Source: Sarea resinae (Eukaryota). From it: a stretch of DNA of 64,000 nt. The notes beneath the pieces were generated by a model. That model saw nothing but the letters and a program-made list of their open reading frames with translations. It was not told the DNA's origin and searched no databases. The translations under genes were made by a program, and so were the position numbers. The stretch spans positions 1 to 64,000 of the forward strand of contig JAPEUD010000001.1 in NCBI GenBank assembly GCA_026026165.1, in the 5' to 3' direction. Shown here in pieces: positions 38,058 to 50,655 of this stretch (position 1 is its first letter; every line of letters begins with the position of its first letter).

Positions 38058-39685
38058 TACCTACAATAGACAGTCTTCTCCTTTATCTTGAGAACAACAC
38101 GGTGGGCCAACAATATAACAGTCTTAACGGCCATCCCACTTGACTTCTGTCTGATTGTGACGTTGGTCGTTCATCTATTCTTAGTATTATGACAAGCAAC
38201 ATCAAGCACGGGAGAGGAACGGGTCGAGGTAATGATTTTGATCGAAAGGTGTCCTCGTCCTATGTACGACCGGACATTCCCGCGTCGATGCCTCTTCCAT
38301 GTCCAGGACGAAACAGCCACCGCGACTTCGGCTCGAATCAATTTGAAAAGACACCACCACTACAAAAGGCTTCTCAACGCGGCCGCCAACCATGTGGCTC
38401 GACCACCCGCGCTCCCTCCATCACCGCACGGCAGCCTTTGATGCCATTGAGCCGGCACCGAATCCTCTTCCGGAGAGTCCGCCCATGTTACACGCCCCTA
38501 ATTCTTTGGCACCCAAGATCGAAGCCATGCAGTCCTGGGGATCTTCAGAGATCTTCAGCCATCTTCGAAGATCGAAGCCCTTGCCATCCCGTGCTCTCGG
38601 GCTCAGTTGTGTCCGGCTCCCGGGCCTGTATGTCTCACAGCTTCGAAACGGATCATGGACACAGAACAGGCTACAACCTCTTGACGGCTAACAGTGTACG
38701 GCTATCTCCAGTCTGCCGGGAAGCTGGAGATGATGTACGGTGTGTGTGGAGTGGAGAATGTTATATCATATTCGCTTTACTCTGTTCGACGGATACAGTC
38801 GGCAGAGCCCTGGATTTGGGTCCTCCGATCTTGGGGCCGGGCCTGAGGATCGTGAGTCGGGATGAGCTGAGATACCTTTGTCTGCTCTAGATTTCAGGGC
38901 CTTTTCCTGCCTATTCTTCCATTCTGTTACTTCTATTCCTTTCTTCTGGATCTTCCTCTCTCACCTTCCTTTACAAATGAACGAATCCTTGACTTCACAC
39001 ACGCCTGCTCTGCTGGACACGCTACATTAGGCCCTTCCATTACTTCACCTACCTACAGCGGATGTGGATGTGGTGGTGGTGGTGGTGGAGGCCAAATCCC
39101 TTTACCACGATCGATCCGCTCTACATCGTGGCTTTCCCACCATCTTACTGTTTCTGATCGATCCGCGTCATTGCATCCTCGTCTAGTCATTTACTCACAT
39201 TCAGCTTCACTTTCTTCTTGCCGTCGATGCTACGGCTCGATTAGGCTTGCTGCGCCGGGGCGCTTTCTTTTGCTCGCTGCTGCGCGAGTGGATGTGTGGC
39301 CGGTGGGGCCGGGCGAATACGACGGGTATTGATGTGCGTGATTTTGGAAGGGGCAAAAGAAGTTGTGGATATGACCGATCGCCTGCTTGAGTGTGTGCGT
39401 ACGTATTTAGTCTGACGTCGATTCTTCGGGCACTTCTCCTTTCCGTCATCTTTTCTGCCTTGGGCGAGGGTATAAAATCCCTGCCTGTCTCTGCTCCTCG
39501 CCCGGTCAGCTTTTCTTGAGATGAGCTTATCTTCACCTCGGATCTCATCATCGAAATCTATTCCAAGCTGACTGATGGGAACAGTCGATTCAAGCAGGAT
39601 AAAGTCAATACCGCTTCTTGAAATAGCCGCAGCACTTGAGACTTTCGATTCCTCCCACCTTAGCCTACCGCTACAGTTCGAGAAA

Positions 39686-39886
39686 ATGTGCAACTTCGAG
39701 CGGATAATCTTCACGTGCGGACACGACACGTTCCGACGGATCAGCCACTGCCATTCTGCGCGCAACGACCCGCTGCACCAATGTTTCGGCGTCAAGGTGC
39801 TCAAGCGCGAGTGGGTCCACACGGAAGCTATGTGCGGCAGGTGTGCGGCTACAGTTGCGGCTGCTCGCGCACAGCAGGGGCAGTAG
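39686..39886 (+). CDS. Small Cys/His-rich hypothetical protein (66 aa), possible Zn-binding
   Basis: MCNFERIIFTCGHDTFRRISHCHSARNDPLHQCFGVKVLKREWVHTEAMCGRC...; AAAATG start context; MC-x8-CGH...CxxC layout typical of small uncharacterised ascomycete proteins. Confidence 0.7.
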   Translation: MCNFERIIFTCGHDTFRRISHCHSARNDPLHQCFGVKVLKREWVHTEAMCGRCAATVAAARAQQGQ

Positions 39887-40509
39887 ATGTTGAAAGGGGA
39901 GGGGGCAGGGGTGGAGTAGAGAATAAAAAGACGGGTTGGAGGGGGATGAGGTCGCACTTTATAAATCGAGGACGGGAAGGGGGAATTATCGTGGTTTGAT
40001 ACGGCCGGCAGAAAGCACAGTACCAACACCTCAGAGAGCGGCGCAAGTCAGCGCCACTTCATCCAGCTGTCCAACCACTTGATCCAACAGTCGCATCGGC
40101 GTTGGTCTCTCTACCCACATTTCTCTCTGTCGCTCTGTCGCTCCGTCATCTCTCGGTCACCACTCAAGCCCAGCAGTCTTCTCGGCCACCGAAACTCAAA
40201 AACACACGTCCGTCCTCGCAACTCGGAGCACCATCGCAGTCCATTCCTAGAAAAGTGCCAAAACTTCACGCGCACTCCTATCCTTCTCCGCTAGTCCAAC
40301 GACCGACCCGAACGACAAGAGTCGCCATCTCACCTTAGCAACGTTCCATCAGACTTCTTGAGACTACCTTCTCCCCGTGCCCTTCGGCCCAGTGGCCCCA
40401 GGCAGGCGGGGCCCCAAATTCTCAATGCCGCGGATGCGATTGCTATTGTTGCCGTTGTCAAAACCGCCTTAGAGGCTTTCTTCTGTGTCTCAGTTCCGCT
40501 GCCACTTTC

Positions 40510-40573
40510 TGTTTGTTTCTGTTTATTTCGGATCTGAGATTATTTTTTGCCATGTGCCATTTCGGCGTCGATC

Positions 40574-40606
<33 letters not shown>

Positions 40607-42250
40607 TAATATCACGTTTCCCTCTCCCTCTCCCAGATTCCATCGTCCCTTTCCCGTTCCTTCACCCCTCTTTCGTTTTGATATCTCTCTTGTTCTGTTT
40701 CCTCCTTTTTCTTCCTTTCCTCTTTTTTTCTTCTTTTCGGCACTCGATCAGTCAGTCAATCAATGATTCAACCAATCAATAAACCAATAATTCAACCAGC
40801 CAGTGATTCAATCGCTCAACCCCTAGATCACTGAATCGCCCAGTCAAATGCTACTCATCTGCAAGTCCATCTCCAGCCACAGAAGAGAGATTGGTGCGAA
40901 CGGCGAAAGAGAGAGGAGAGGAGAGGAGAGAGAGAGAGTAGAGGACATGAGATGAGATGAGAGTAGATGACAGAGGATAGAAGACAGAGGCCAGAGGAGC
41001 CATCGACGAGAGAATGAAAGCGTGCCTATTTACCTTCCTACCTCCCCACTAGAATACCTCCCTAACCTACCTTACCTAAATACGCACATGTCTCAATAAA
41101 CCATTAGTCGAATGTCAACGACAGCCATGCCACAGCACACAACAGCACCAAGAACCAAGAGACAGTCGTCGTAGCCCAACCGTCGTAGACCAACCGAAAA
41201 CGAAAAAAGAAAGACGAAAGGGCTCAGCTCAGCTCAGCTCGGTTCACTTCGAGCCTAGGCACGTCTGTACATCTGCACGTCTGTACGTATGTATGTATGC
41301 GTGTATGCGTGTATCTACATGGAAACAACCCCCAATCGAAGACAAAATCCGTCCATCAGTCTAGGCGTCCCACGATCAATCTTTCAAGTCAATCAGTTCG
41401 TTAGTTGAAACCAAGGCAAGGTAGTCTGTTCATCTCATCCCATCCTATCCCACCCTTTGCTATCCTATCCTATCCTATCCTATCCTATCCCATTCTCATA
41501 CTCTCTCGCATCAGCATCATCATCATTATCTGATTGACTTTACTTATACACGTAAGAAGTTCCACTAGAGACAAGTAGAGCTGCCTCTATACCCCTCCCC
41601 CCACACCAGAAAAAGAAAGAAAGACATGGGATATGTGGATATGTGGACATGTTAACGAAAACGAAAAAGGGGAGCGGAGGGGAGGGGAGGGGAGGATAGA
41701 TGAATGGATGGAGATTGGGAGAGGGATTGGGAGAGGGAGAGGGAGAGGGAGAGGGAGAGGGAGAGGGAGAGGGAGAGTCGGACTCAAACGCCAATTGACC
41801 AACGGCCTCACTGAATGATTGGTTTATTGATTTATTGATTGATCTATTGAATGATTGATTGATTGACTGATGGATTGACTAACTGACCAACAAAATACAC
41901 GGGCCCGACAACAAGAGGCAAAAAACGAACACATAAAAGGACCGATTGAGCGACTGCGACTGCTTCACTGACTGGTGGATTGAGACTGATCAACGGGATG
42001 ATTGACTGGCCGACTGACTGACCGACTAACTAACAAAGTACACAGGCCGACAACAGAGGCAAAATGAACGCATACGACACAAGGGAGACAGAAAAAGGAC
42101 GCCCGCCATCACGTACGCACGACCGAACCGAGTAGCCTAGCCTAGCCGATCGCTTGCCTTGCCCCATCGCTGCGCACATCCCGCGGATCGGTCTGTAGGG
42201 ATACAGACGCATACGGTACGGGACGGGACGGGACGGGACGGGGCGGTACG
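40510..42250. repeat. Second microsatellite-dense intergenic region: (CAT)n, (TCAA)n, (GAGAG)n, (CTATC)n, (GAGAGG)n, (TTGA)n, (GGGAC)n
   Basis: Tandem arrays visible directly in the sequence. Confidence 0.85.
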
Positions 42251-42819
42251 GATCGTGCGTTACAGATGCATTATGCACGCGGCCGGTGCGGTGTCAAACG
42301 AGCATCGAGTCCGATCGGTCGGGCCATCCAGCCAGCTAGCCTGCCTGATGCCCGGGTGTTCGATCGATCCATAGGGAGTTGCTAGACGGTATGACTAGCG
42401 GTGAATGAGGTACTTTGTAGATGTGTCTGTTTGGTCCGAAGTCACAAGGATGGATTTGGTGCATACGGAGGATTTTGCTCAGGGTGCGGGCGGGGGTCGA
42501 AGTTTTGCTTGCGAACGATCGGTGGCTGGCTGAACTGGGGCGTGCGAACGTGCATCATGGCTGAAGGTGTGAAGCATGGTACGTTTCGGTACTGCGCGCC
42601 GGCCGAGTCTTTCCATTGCTTTTTTCTGCTCTCGGCATGCCGTCACGGCGTCGTATCTGAGGCGTATATACTAACAACAAGCTCCTCCCTTTCCTTCTTT
42701 CCTTCCTCCACGGAAAAGCTGTGCGCAGTGTACATGGATGATGCGGGGCATGTGTGTAGCAGCGAGATGGCGGCATATCGTGTAGATGCAGAATTGGACA
42801 TTGGCTGAGCCAGGGGGGC

Positions 42820-43490
42820 TTAGAGATTCGAGGCGCCCTCGACCATCCCAACAACGTTGTAACGCTTGCTGAAGTACGTCAACCAGTCGTCCAACACCTT
42901 CTTGTCTTTGTCGGCTAGGTCGGACCATTCAGGGCGGCAGTCTTCCGGCTTGAGGGACGATTGCGCGAGGGCACGCGAGGCATCTTTGCCAGCGAACACT
43001 GTTTGGGGGTATGCATTAGCAGGTGTCCTTTTTTTTCCCTGCGGCCTTGATGATGGCGTTGAGGCAGATTTCAAAAGTTCTTTCACAAGAGGCGTACCGC
43101 GATATTGGCCTTGTGGAGAGTAAGCCTTGTTGCCGGTGACGTCGAAGATCTTGCCCTGCGACACGGTTACTCAAAACAGATTCTCTGGTAAGTTTGGGGT
43201 TCCTGCAGCAGAAGCACGCGACACTGGGGGGCGGAGAGATATGTAGCTTTCGGGCACGGGGCGCATTTCTTGTGGAGGTTGCACACACGTACTTTGATGG
43301 CGACGTAGGTGGGATAGCCAGGGACGTTGCCTGCAGATGCATGAGCCGGTGAACGCTGAGAGCAAAGTCGTCTGATTTCTGGTCGGGGACTCAATCTCTT
43401 ACCGTCACATTTGGCTAGATGATCAATGGAGATCGGCTCGTAATTTGGCGGGTTCAGCTTCACGGGCGTTTTAGGCTCGAACCTCCCCAT
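42820..43490 (-). CDS. Cytochrome b5-like heme/steroid-binding protein, MAPR/Dap1-related, lacking an N-terminal TM segment (4 exons)
   Basis: MGRFEPKTPVKLNPP...LAKCDG...YVAIKGKIFDVT...Y...FAGKDASRALA...WLTYFSKRYNVVG. Confidence 0.87.
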
Positions 43491-44572
43491 CTTGACTGAT
43501 GCTGATGCCAATGCTAGGGGTTCTCTGCGATCGAGAGGGTTGTGTTTTCCGTCCTTCTGACGGGAGTCTGATAACGTGATGATGGAATAATTCGAAAGGT
43601 CGCGGTGTCTCTGAAGAAGGATAGAATTGATCTTGAGGTTTCGGGGAGGATGGCCGAGGAGGGGCACGGGATACCTCGGCATGATTGCATTGACATGCAT
43701 GCCGAAGAGCCTCAACCGAACTCGTCATCAACGCAAGCTTCAACTCCATCACACCCTATTTCCCTCCCGTATCCCTTCCCCCATCCATGCACCATTCTCC
43801 TCACGATGACTGACAACCTCAATGCAGGTGAGATTGCATTTCACGACCGGTCTGATGCAGGCGAGGGAGATCAGCGCCCGACAACCAGGTCCTTTACGCC
43901 TCTTCACGTGGGATTACCGTACGACGACTCTGGACCCCAGCCTTGCACAACGCCACACAAGGAGTCCGTCTTTACTAACAATAGCCGATAGCCCGCTCGA
44001 CTGATTCTGCCATGACATGAGCTGTCGTCCAGATGCTCTCTACGCAAGAAGAACATCTACCACAACCTAAATGTATATGCGAGCGATCTCAGTGTCATAG
44101 ACAGGGATCGCAGCATCGTGAGAGGTGATGTTGCACAGGAGGCTTTTGATTTATCAGATTCATGAACATGTCTTCGACTACAGCACCTCGGGTCATTGCA
44201 GGGCGGAGGGGACTTTGACTCCGGCGTAAGCTACCATCTTCACCGATCTATTTCACAGGAATGTGTGCATTTTTAGCTAGTAGCTGGATCAAGCGCATCA
44301 TATGCTCGTAATCATGTGATTTTCTAGGTATTATTGTAGAGCATGGCTGAAAATGCGCATCTAGTCCTTACGTGAAGATCATGCCATTGTCGTCCAGACC
44401 GACCAATTGTTCGCGCCAGAAATATCTGATAGCCCCTATTTGTGTTGGTGCCTGGTTACGTGCCATATTCTCGAGAAGGAACACATATCCTGAATCCTTC
44501 AAGATCACCCCGATCGACGTCCCCGTGTCTCGAACATGGAGATCGCATGTCTATGCTATCCTTGAGCCTTCT

Positions 44573-46814
44573 TCAGGCCTTCGCTGGCTGCTGCACCATC
44601 AGATTGAGGAAGGACTTGGCAATCTCTGCTGCCGCAAGGACCGTGGTCTCGCCGGCATTATCATAGACGGGTGCAACCTCAACGATGTCTGCACCAACGA
44701 TTTCCATTCCTTCTAGGCCGTCGAGGATTGTAAGCAGCTCCCTAGTTGACCAGCCACCCACTTCTGATGTCCCAGTTGCTAATCCGAGTATGATCAGTCA
44801 GCATCTTGGCCCAAGCCTACATTCCGACTTCATGACACCGAATGAGAGTGATGAGAAAGGGGTCATTCCATAGTTCGGCAGACTAAAGTCTTGGGAGGGC
44901 GCGCTAGTCTCGAAAAGAAGTTCCAAGCAGCTGGCTGTATCACATCCGCCTTTCCTCGTCGACTGACCGAGCGGGAGGAGTGGCTCGGGATGCGGCATGA
45001 ACGCAAAACAAGGAAGTCTTCGGAAGGGCACTCACCGGGAGCAAAGGCCGGATCCAAGACATCGATATCTACGCTAATGTAGACCCTCGAGCCGGACACC
45101 CTAGACTTCAAGGTCTCGATGACTCCATTGACGCCGATACGGTCAATGTCTCGGGCGGTAATGATTTCAAATCCACAGCGAACGTCATTCTTGATATCGC
45201 CTTTCCGTCGAGCAAGGGGTGCTCTGATACCTGCATGGATCGACGAGTTGCTGATCAACCCTTCTTCATGAGCAATATGCAGGAAAGTGCCATGGTTCAC
45301 ACCGCTGCGGTACCAAATAATCAGCTCAGCTTTAGGCCCAGGAAGGGTCTCCATATAAGCCAAAGCTTTTCTGCAAGCAGGCACTTACGCATAGTGTGAT
45401 ACGCCTCCTCCTATAGTCTCTATTAGTTCGCGTATCATCACATTTCAGTCGAATCAGCTCACCAAGTACATCTGGACGCCAGGTATCTTGAGAGTAGTTA
45501 GCTCGTCTGCTCATGCCTTGGACTCAATGGCAAGCATAGCCTTGAAATGGGCGTCTGGCTGAATGGTCTACTGACCAATGTGGCTGTCAAAATGTATAAC
45601 ACTAACTCTTCCCCACCGCTCATAGGTCGATCTGAGAGCGCTGAGCGTAGTCGTGTGGTCACCACCTAATGTGATTATGCGCGGCACAGATGATTTGCAG
45701 GTTGTATTAGCGGGCCGGCCCGAGATTACCTAGCTAAAGGCATCAGCATCCGTCAAGTGGACATCTAGGCCCAGTAAACCATGCAGATAGCCTTCTTGGC
45801 AACTGTAACCATGGATAGGGCCTCCCGAGTCGAGTTTGTACACACCTTGTGCGCCTTGTCAAGCTGCTTTAGCGCATACGTGTTGTCAAGTAGGGTAAGT
45901 GGTGCATCCCCACAATCGACTATCTTTGCCCAATCCACGAATGAGTCTCTCCCTGCATGATCCCAACCATCAGCATCTAAACACTATAACAGCTACTATC
46001 TATTTCCTGGAAATTGGAACAGGATGGCTGCGTTCTCTGACCTGTATAGGGGCTCCAGTCAAAGAGCGGCTCAATACGTTTAGAACCATCTCGAATGCCG
46101 CGAGGACCAAATCGAGCGCCTGGTCGGCCGGTGACAGCCTGCCATCAATGTGTGAGAGGTCAGTTCATGCCAGGACATTTTAGTAACAGACGAATAGAAG
46201 CCATATGCACCCCAAAGCGAATATCATGAATGTACAAGGTCATTCAACGAGACCGAATATTTGGTATCATACAGAACAGGATTTGAGGCTAAGAACAAGC
46301 AGTCCATAAACCACGAGAAGCGTAGTCATTCAATCAAGCAACCATCTGCTTTTCGGTGCAAATGACGAATATAATTGAGCCTCAAAGGGCAGAACAAGCA
46401 TTCAATTTATGAAACTCGGAACGTGCTGCTTCGAGGAACCCCCGAACCAAGACTGAACACTTGAGCAGAGTAGGCTCTACAGTATATTGAACCAACACAG
46501 CTAAGATTTGAAAAAAATTCTGAACGTACCGTATCAAAGGGTGCCCCCAGAAAAGCGATATCATACCCTTCAACAGCCTCCTCGGACAAACAATGCACAT
46601 ATGGCACATTCGCAAAGGTCGTCAAGCCTGCAAATTCACTCCCAGTGGTCACATCCACGGCTCCTCCTTCGCCATGATCGCTGGACATGGGGCTCTGCGC
46701 AGCACCGGCCCCAGTGTATGCATTGATGCCGGCGACTGGGGGGAAGACAATCTCCCGGGCAGACACAGCCGCTGCGAGGCCAAGAACGCTCCATGTGAGC
46801 TTTGTCAGAGGCAT
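44573..46814 (-). CDS. Agmatinase/guanidinobutyrase-like ureohydrolase (arginase family) with signal peptide, multi-exon
   Basis: [56 protein letters not shown] motifs assembled across exons; hydrophobic N-terminus. Confidence 0.9.
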
Positions 46815-47554
46815 TGTACCTAGTCTTCCTATCTCAAGGAGAGCTTTATGAGGTTACAAAGGACGCGATCTCAAGGCTCGAGGGAAGGGCAATATGCTGG
46901 TGGGTATCAATAGGTTGTGTTGGTATGGGAAAGTTCAAAAGACAGCCATTGCGCAGCTCGATGGGAGAATAGAAACAGTCGAACTTGGCACAACGCGAAT
47001 GCTTATGAAGACTTCTCAGAATGTCAATCCGAATTAATATGCAGAAGCTCAAATTTAGTCAATGACAGATGAGAATGTGTAAGTTTATCTCCACGATAGT
47101 ACTGCAGGGGAGCATGACATCAAATACGCCAACGACGATATCGGCGTTAAGAGGTGCCGCTAATTCGGCTGGGATTGCCCGTTCCGGCTGGACTGCTAAT
47201 CCGACTCCCCAGAAACCCCACAATGCTTCTAAATACAGCGAGCATGGTTTGCCCGTTGATTTACAGTCATGGATGAGAAAATAAATACTATACTACGGAA
47301 TAAAATGTAAGTCGACACTCGCGATTGAATTTTGTACATCTTTGGCTCTTGAAAAACTGTACTACGGAGCAGTAGCTGAATACCTTGATCATCTTTACGA
47401 TGAAAAGCCACAGAGTAGAGGATAAATACTCTGAACTCATGAGAAAATCCACACTACTAGGTAAAGATCATTGAACTTTAATCTCTTTAAACTCTGACCC
47501 GGCTTGTGAGGGTGCTAATTGACACTATAGCGATTTGCGAATTCACAATTTCCT

Positions 47555-49119
47555 TTACCTTGCCTTGACGTGCAACCTCCCTACAAAAGTCTTTCCAAAT
47601 CTGTCCTCGGTCGCCACAAACGCTTTGGGGAACCAAGATGCCAAAGCTAATCGCTCCTCATCGCTCCCGGTTATCAAGTCCGTCAAAGCTCGTGCACAAA
47701 GAAAACAAAGGACCATACCTAGATTGTAAATCAGTAAAACGGCGGACGGAAGGGTCTCGCATTGGCCGTCAAGGGAAACTCACCGTGTCCCTGGAATGAG
47801 GCCGAGATATATAGCCCTTCGTCTCCCGGCACCGCTCCCACAAATGGACAGCCATCAGCACTGTATCCCATAATCCCAGTCCACTCCCTCCGCACCCTGC
47901 CCTCTGGATCATCGTCCCCCCAATTACCCTTGAAATAGTTCACGTTAGATCCTTTGAGATACGCAGAGATCACGTCATTCAGACATGTGTCGTCGACCGT
48001 CCCATACTCGAATAAACCGTCTTCGGCAGCCTTCGTCAAACCCCCACCAATCACTATATCGCCTGCATATCGTGAACCAGGGGGCCGGGGTATCATGTAT
48101 TCGTAGCCTGTGTCGTATATGAAAGAGTATGTCGTAGGCAGGCTAGGCTTTGGGAGGGAGGAGCCAGGGCGTTGAGCTGTAACTTGGCCGCGGAGAGGCA
48201 CGATAATGGACTGAAGGCGGGGATAGAGGTGGGCGGAATAGCCATTTGTCGCAAGGACCACCTTCGTGGCTGTGAGTGTCCCGCGTGGAGTTTGAACGTT
48301 CCAGCGTTTTGTTTGTTCTATGTCTGTGGATTTGGATACTGGGGTGAGACATGTAGCGGGAGTGTTGGTCTGCAGATTAAGTCCCTTTTCCAAGGCGAGC
48401 TTTAAAATTCCGATCACCAGTTTATAAGGATGGACGCTTCCTGCCTCATAAGAAACAGCACCTATGGCATCTGGGGTAAAAAATCTCTCTCGAGCTTCTC
48501 CAGCCGTGTGCAGGGTGTATTGTGCGGCTCCTTCATCAGGATCCATGGTTGAGCGCATGTAGTCGATAGCTTCAACCGCAGCATCCCACTGTTGCTGATC
48601 TAATATGATGTCTGCCGTTTCGGACGGATGTAGGTCACAGTCTATGCCTCGCTCTTTCACGAAGGCCTGCATAGCTTTGATATTGTTGTATTCGAGACGA
48701 GCAATTTTCAGGGCTTCATCAAGACCGAGGGTGCGGGTATTGCCCATGAAGCTACGGTAGCTGGCACCCTTCGTATGACCGCCTATCTTATTATGAATGA
48801 TACAGATTAGCACAGTCGAGAACTCTTTTCAACGAATTTGAGAAAAGTCATCGAACTTGCCATTTCGGCCAGTAGCTCCGCTGCAGGCCGTCCGAGCCTC
48901 GAGCATAACGAGACTCGTCCCAGGCCATCGTTCTAGGATATTGAGAGCCGTGCAAGCCCCGCTAATTCCGGAACCTATGATGACAATATCTGCTACCTGA
49001 GGAAGCGTCTCTGTGGTTCGTAGATCTGAGATAGAGTCGGGAGGGTCTTGCCAATAGGAGCATGTGGGCTTGGTACGAGGAAGGTCGGGGACGATTGATG
49101 CACGCTTCTCCATGGTCAT
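47555..49119 (-). CDS. FAD-dependent oxidoreductase, DAO/PuuB-OrdL family (3 exons)
   Basis: IIGSGISG, LEARTACSGATGRNGGH, VVLATNGY, WTGIMGYSADGCPFVG, FQGHGM. Confidence 0.88.
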
Positions 49120-49820
49120 ATATCAGAACAGACTGAGACGGAACAGAAAGATTTAGAAGCATATGCCTAAAGCGCCACTTATATCCACCACCACCGCCGC
49201 TTTCTCCGCCCGATGATGGTCCATCATGGGGATTCTAGCATATCCCAAAGGATTGATTGCAACTGATAAGCAATGGTGGTGGGGAAGATCGGCCAAGCTG
49301 CCAATCGCATGGCACTGCCCGAAAGAGGCAAAGTTCGCTTCGCCCGCGCTTCACGTCAGTGCTCCGTCCCGAATTCCTCTCTGAATAACCAAATCATCGT
49401 GGGGAATGCCATTGTTGTCTTCCTCAGGAGAAGAGCACTACTCCATCTGATCGATCAAAGCTTGAATTTAAGCTTACGCAGTATCTGCTTGATCTGAATC
49501 CTCGAAGATCCAACCAATGACTGCCGAACTGTTCATAGGGTCACTCGACCCCGGATACCTGCTTGATCAAGCACAAATTCACAGATGGAAAAAGCAATCA
49601 TATTAAGATCTGAAGTTTCATCATCAAGGCGGCACATGTTTCGTGCCAGGCCCAGCAAACATTGACTTGCCAGTATTACTTAAAGGAGCTGGCGTTTGAT
49701 AATCTGCCAGCGAAGCAAAGCAAATTTTCCCATAAAGCACCTTCAGACCAGCCAGACCCATCCCGAGCGCCATCCAGCAGACAATCGATGGCATTATTGC
49801 ATATCTTGGCGAGAAAGCAC

Positions 49821-50655
49821 CTACTCTTCGCCCTTCTTCGCCTTGCTTTTCTTCACATGATGCGGTGCACCCTCCTTCTTTTGATGAACGACCAATCGCG
49901 TCCACGACTCTTCCTTGTCCCATTCGAACCCTTTTAGGTATGGCTCCTCGAGCTCGTCATCCGCCTGCCATGCTGTTAATCATCTATGGTAGAAGCTGAA
50001 TGAGTCTGAGTAGTAAATTACCTTCTTCCTATACTGTTTATGTATGGCCTCTAATGCGTCTTTTATCGTCACTCCCTTCATATTTCGTGCAGTGACCTCA
50101 AGTCCCAGTGGGAAATGGAGGTCGATTTTCTTGACCGGTGGTTCTGTGAGGTGTTTCTTGAGGGCTTCAGGTTCATCCACGTGTGAGACCGGAGTATTTA
50201 ATTTCCTGAAAAGGTGAAAAGTGAGCAAGAAGCTACCAAGAAGGGGAAAACAAGCCGGATTTGACTAAATCACGCCAAGAGCGGTCGACCGACAAAATGA
50301 AGAAGGATAATCATGACCGCTCGGAATTGGGTGACAATATTCACTTACCAATTCAACGTTTGAGTTTCTTTTGCGACCTTCAGATCGATTCCTTCCTTTT
50401 CTGTTGCATTGAGTCAGCTACCTTCTTCCTAGGCATCGATCGATAAATGAATGGACAGCAGTGCTTACCTAGGTCGTTGACGTTATAGACACCCTCGGCA
50501 CTGCTGCTCGCTCTCCGATGACCATGGGGATGAGCATGAGGATGGCCGTGACCGTGACCGTGCTTTTTGTCTGATGGAGGTGAGGTGCCCACGCCCGAAA
50601 CGGCCGAGTCGACCTTGGAGAGGGGTTCTGCGGAGGTATCAATGGCGGACGTCAT
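49821..50655 (-). CDS. Conserved fungal hypothetical protein (4 exons, ~170 aa)
   Basis: Spliced MTSAIDTSAE...HRRASSSAEGVYNVNDLEKEGIDLKVAKETQTLNWKLNT...VKKIDLHFPLGLEVTARNMKGVTIKDALEAIHKQYRKKADDELEEPYLKGFEWDKEESWTRLVVHQKK; canonical splice sites. Confidence 0.8.

Noticed and set aside
38189..38890. 233-aa and overlapping ORFs downstream of NOP4
   Set aside because: No domain-like features or consistent frame; cannot be supported as a gene.
38860..38900. GCTGAGATACC, resembling part of a TPP riboswitch
   Set aside because: The downstream CTGAT...GGATAAT...GCG core is absent and no thiamine gene is adjacent.
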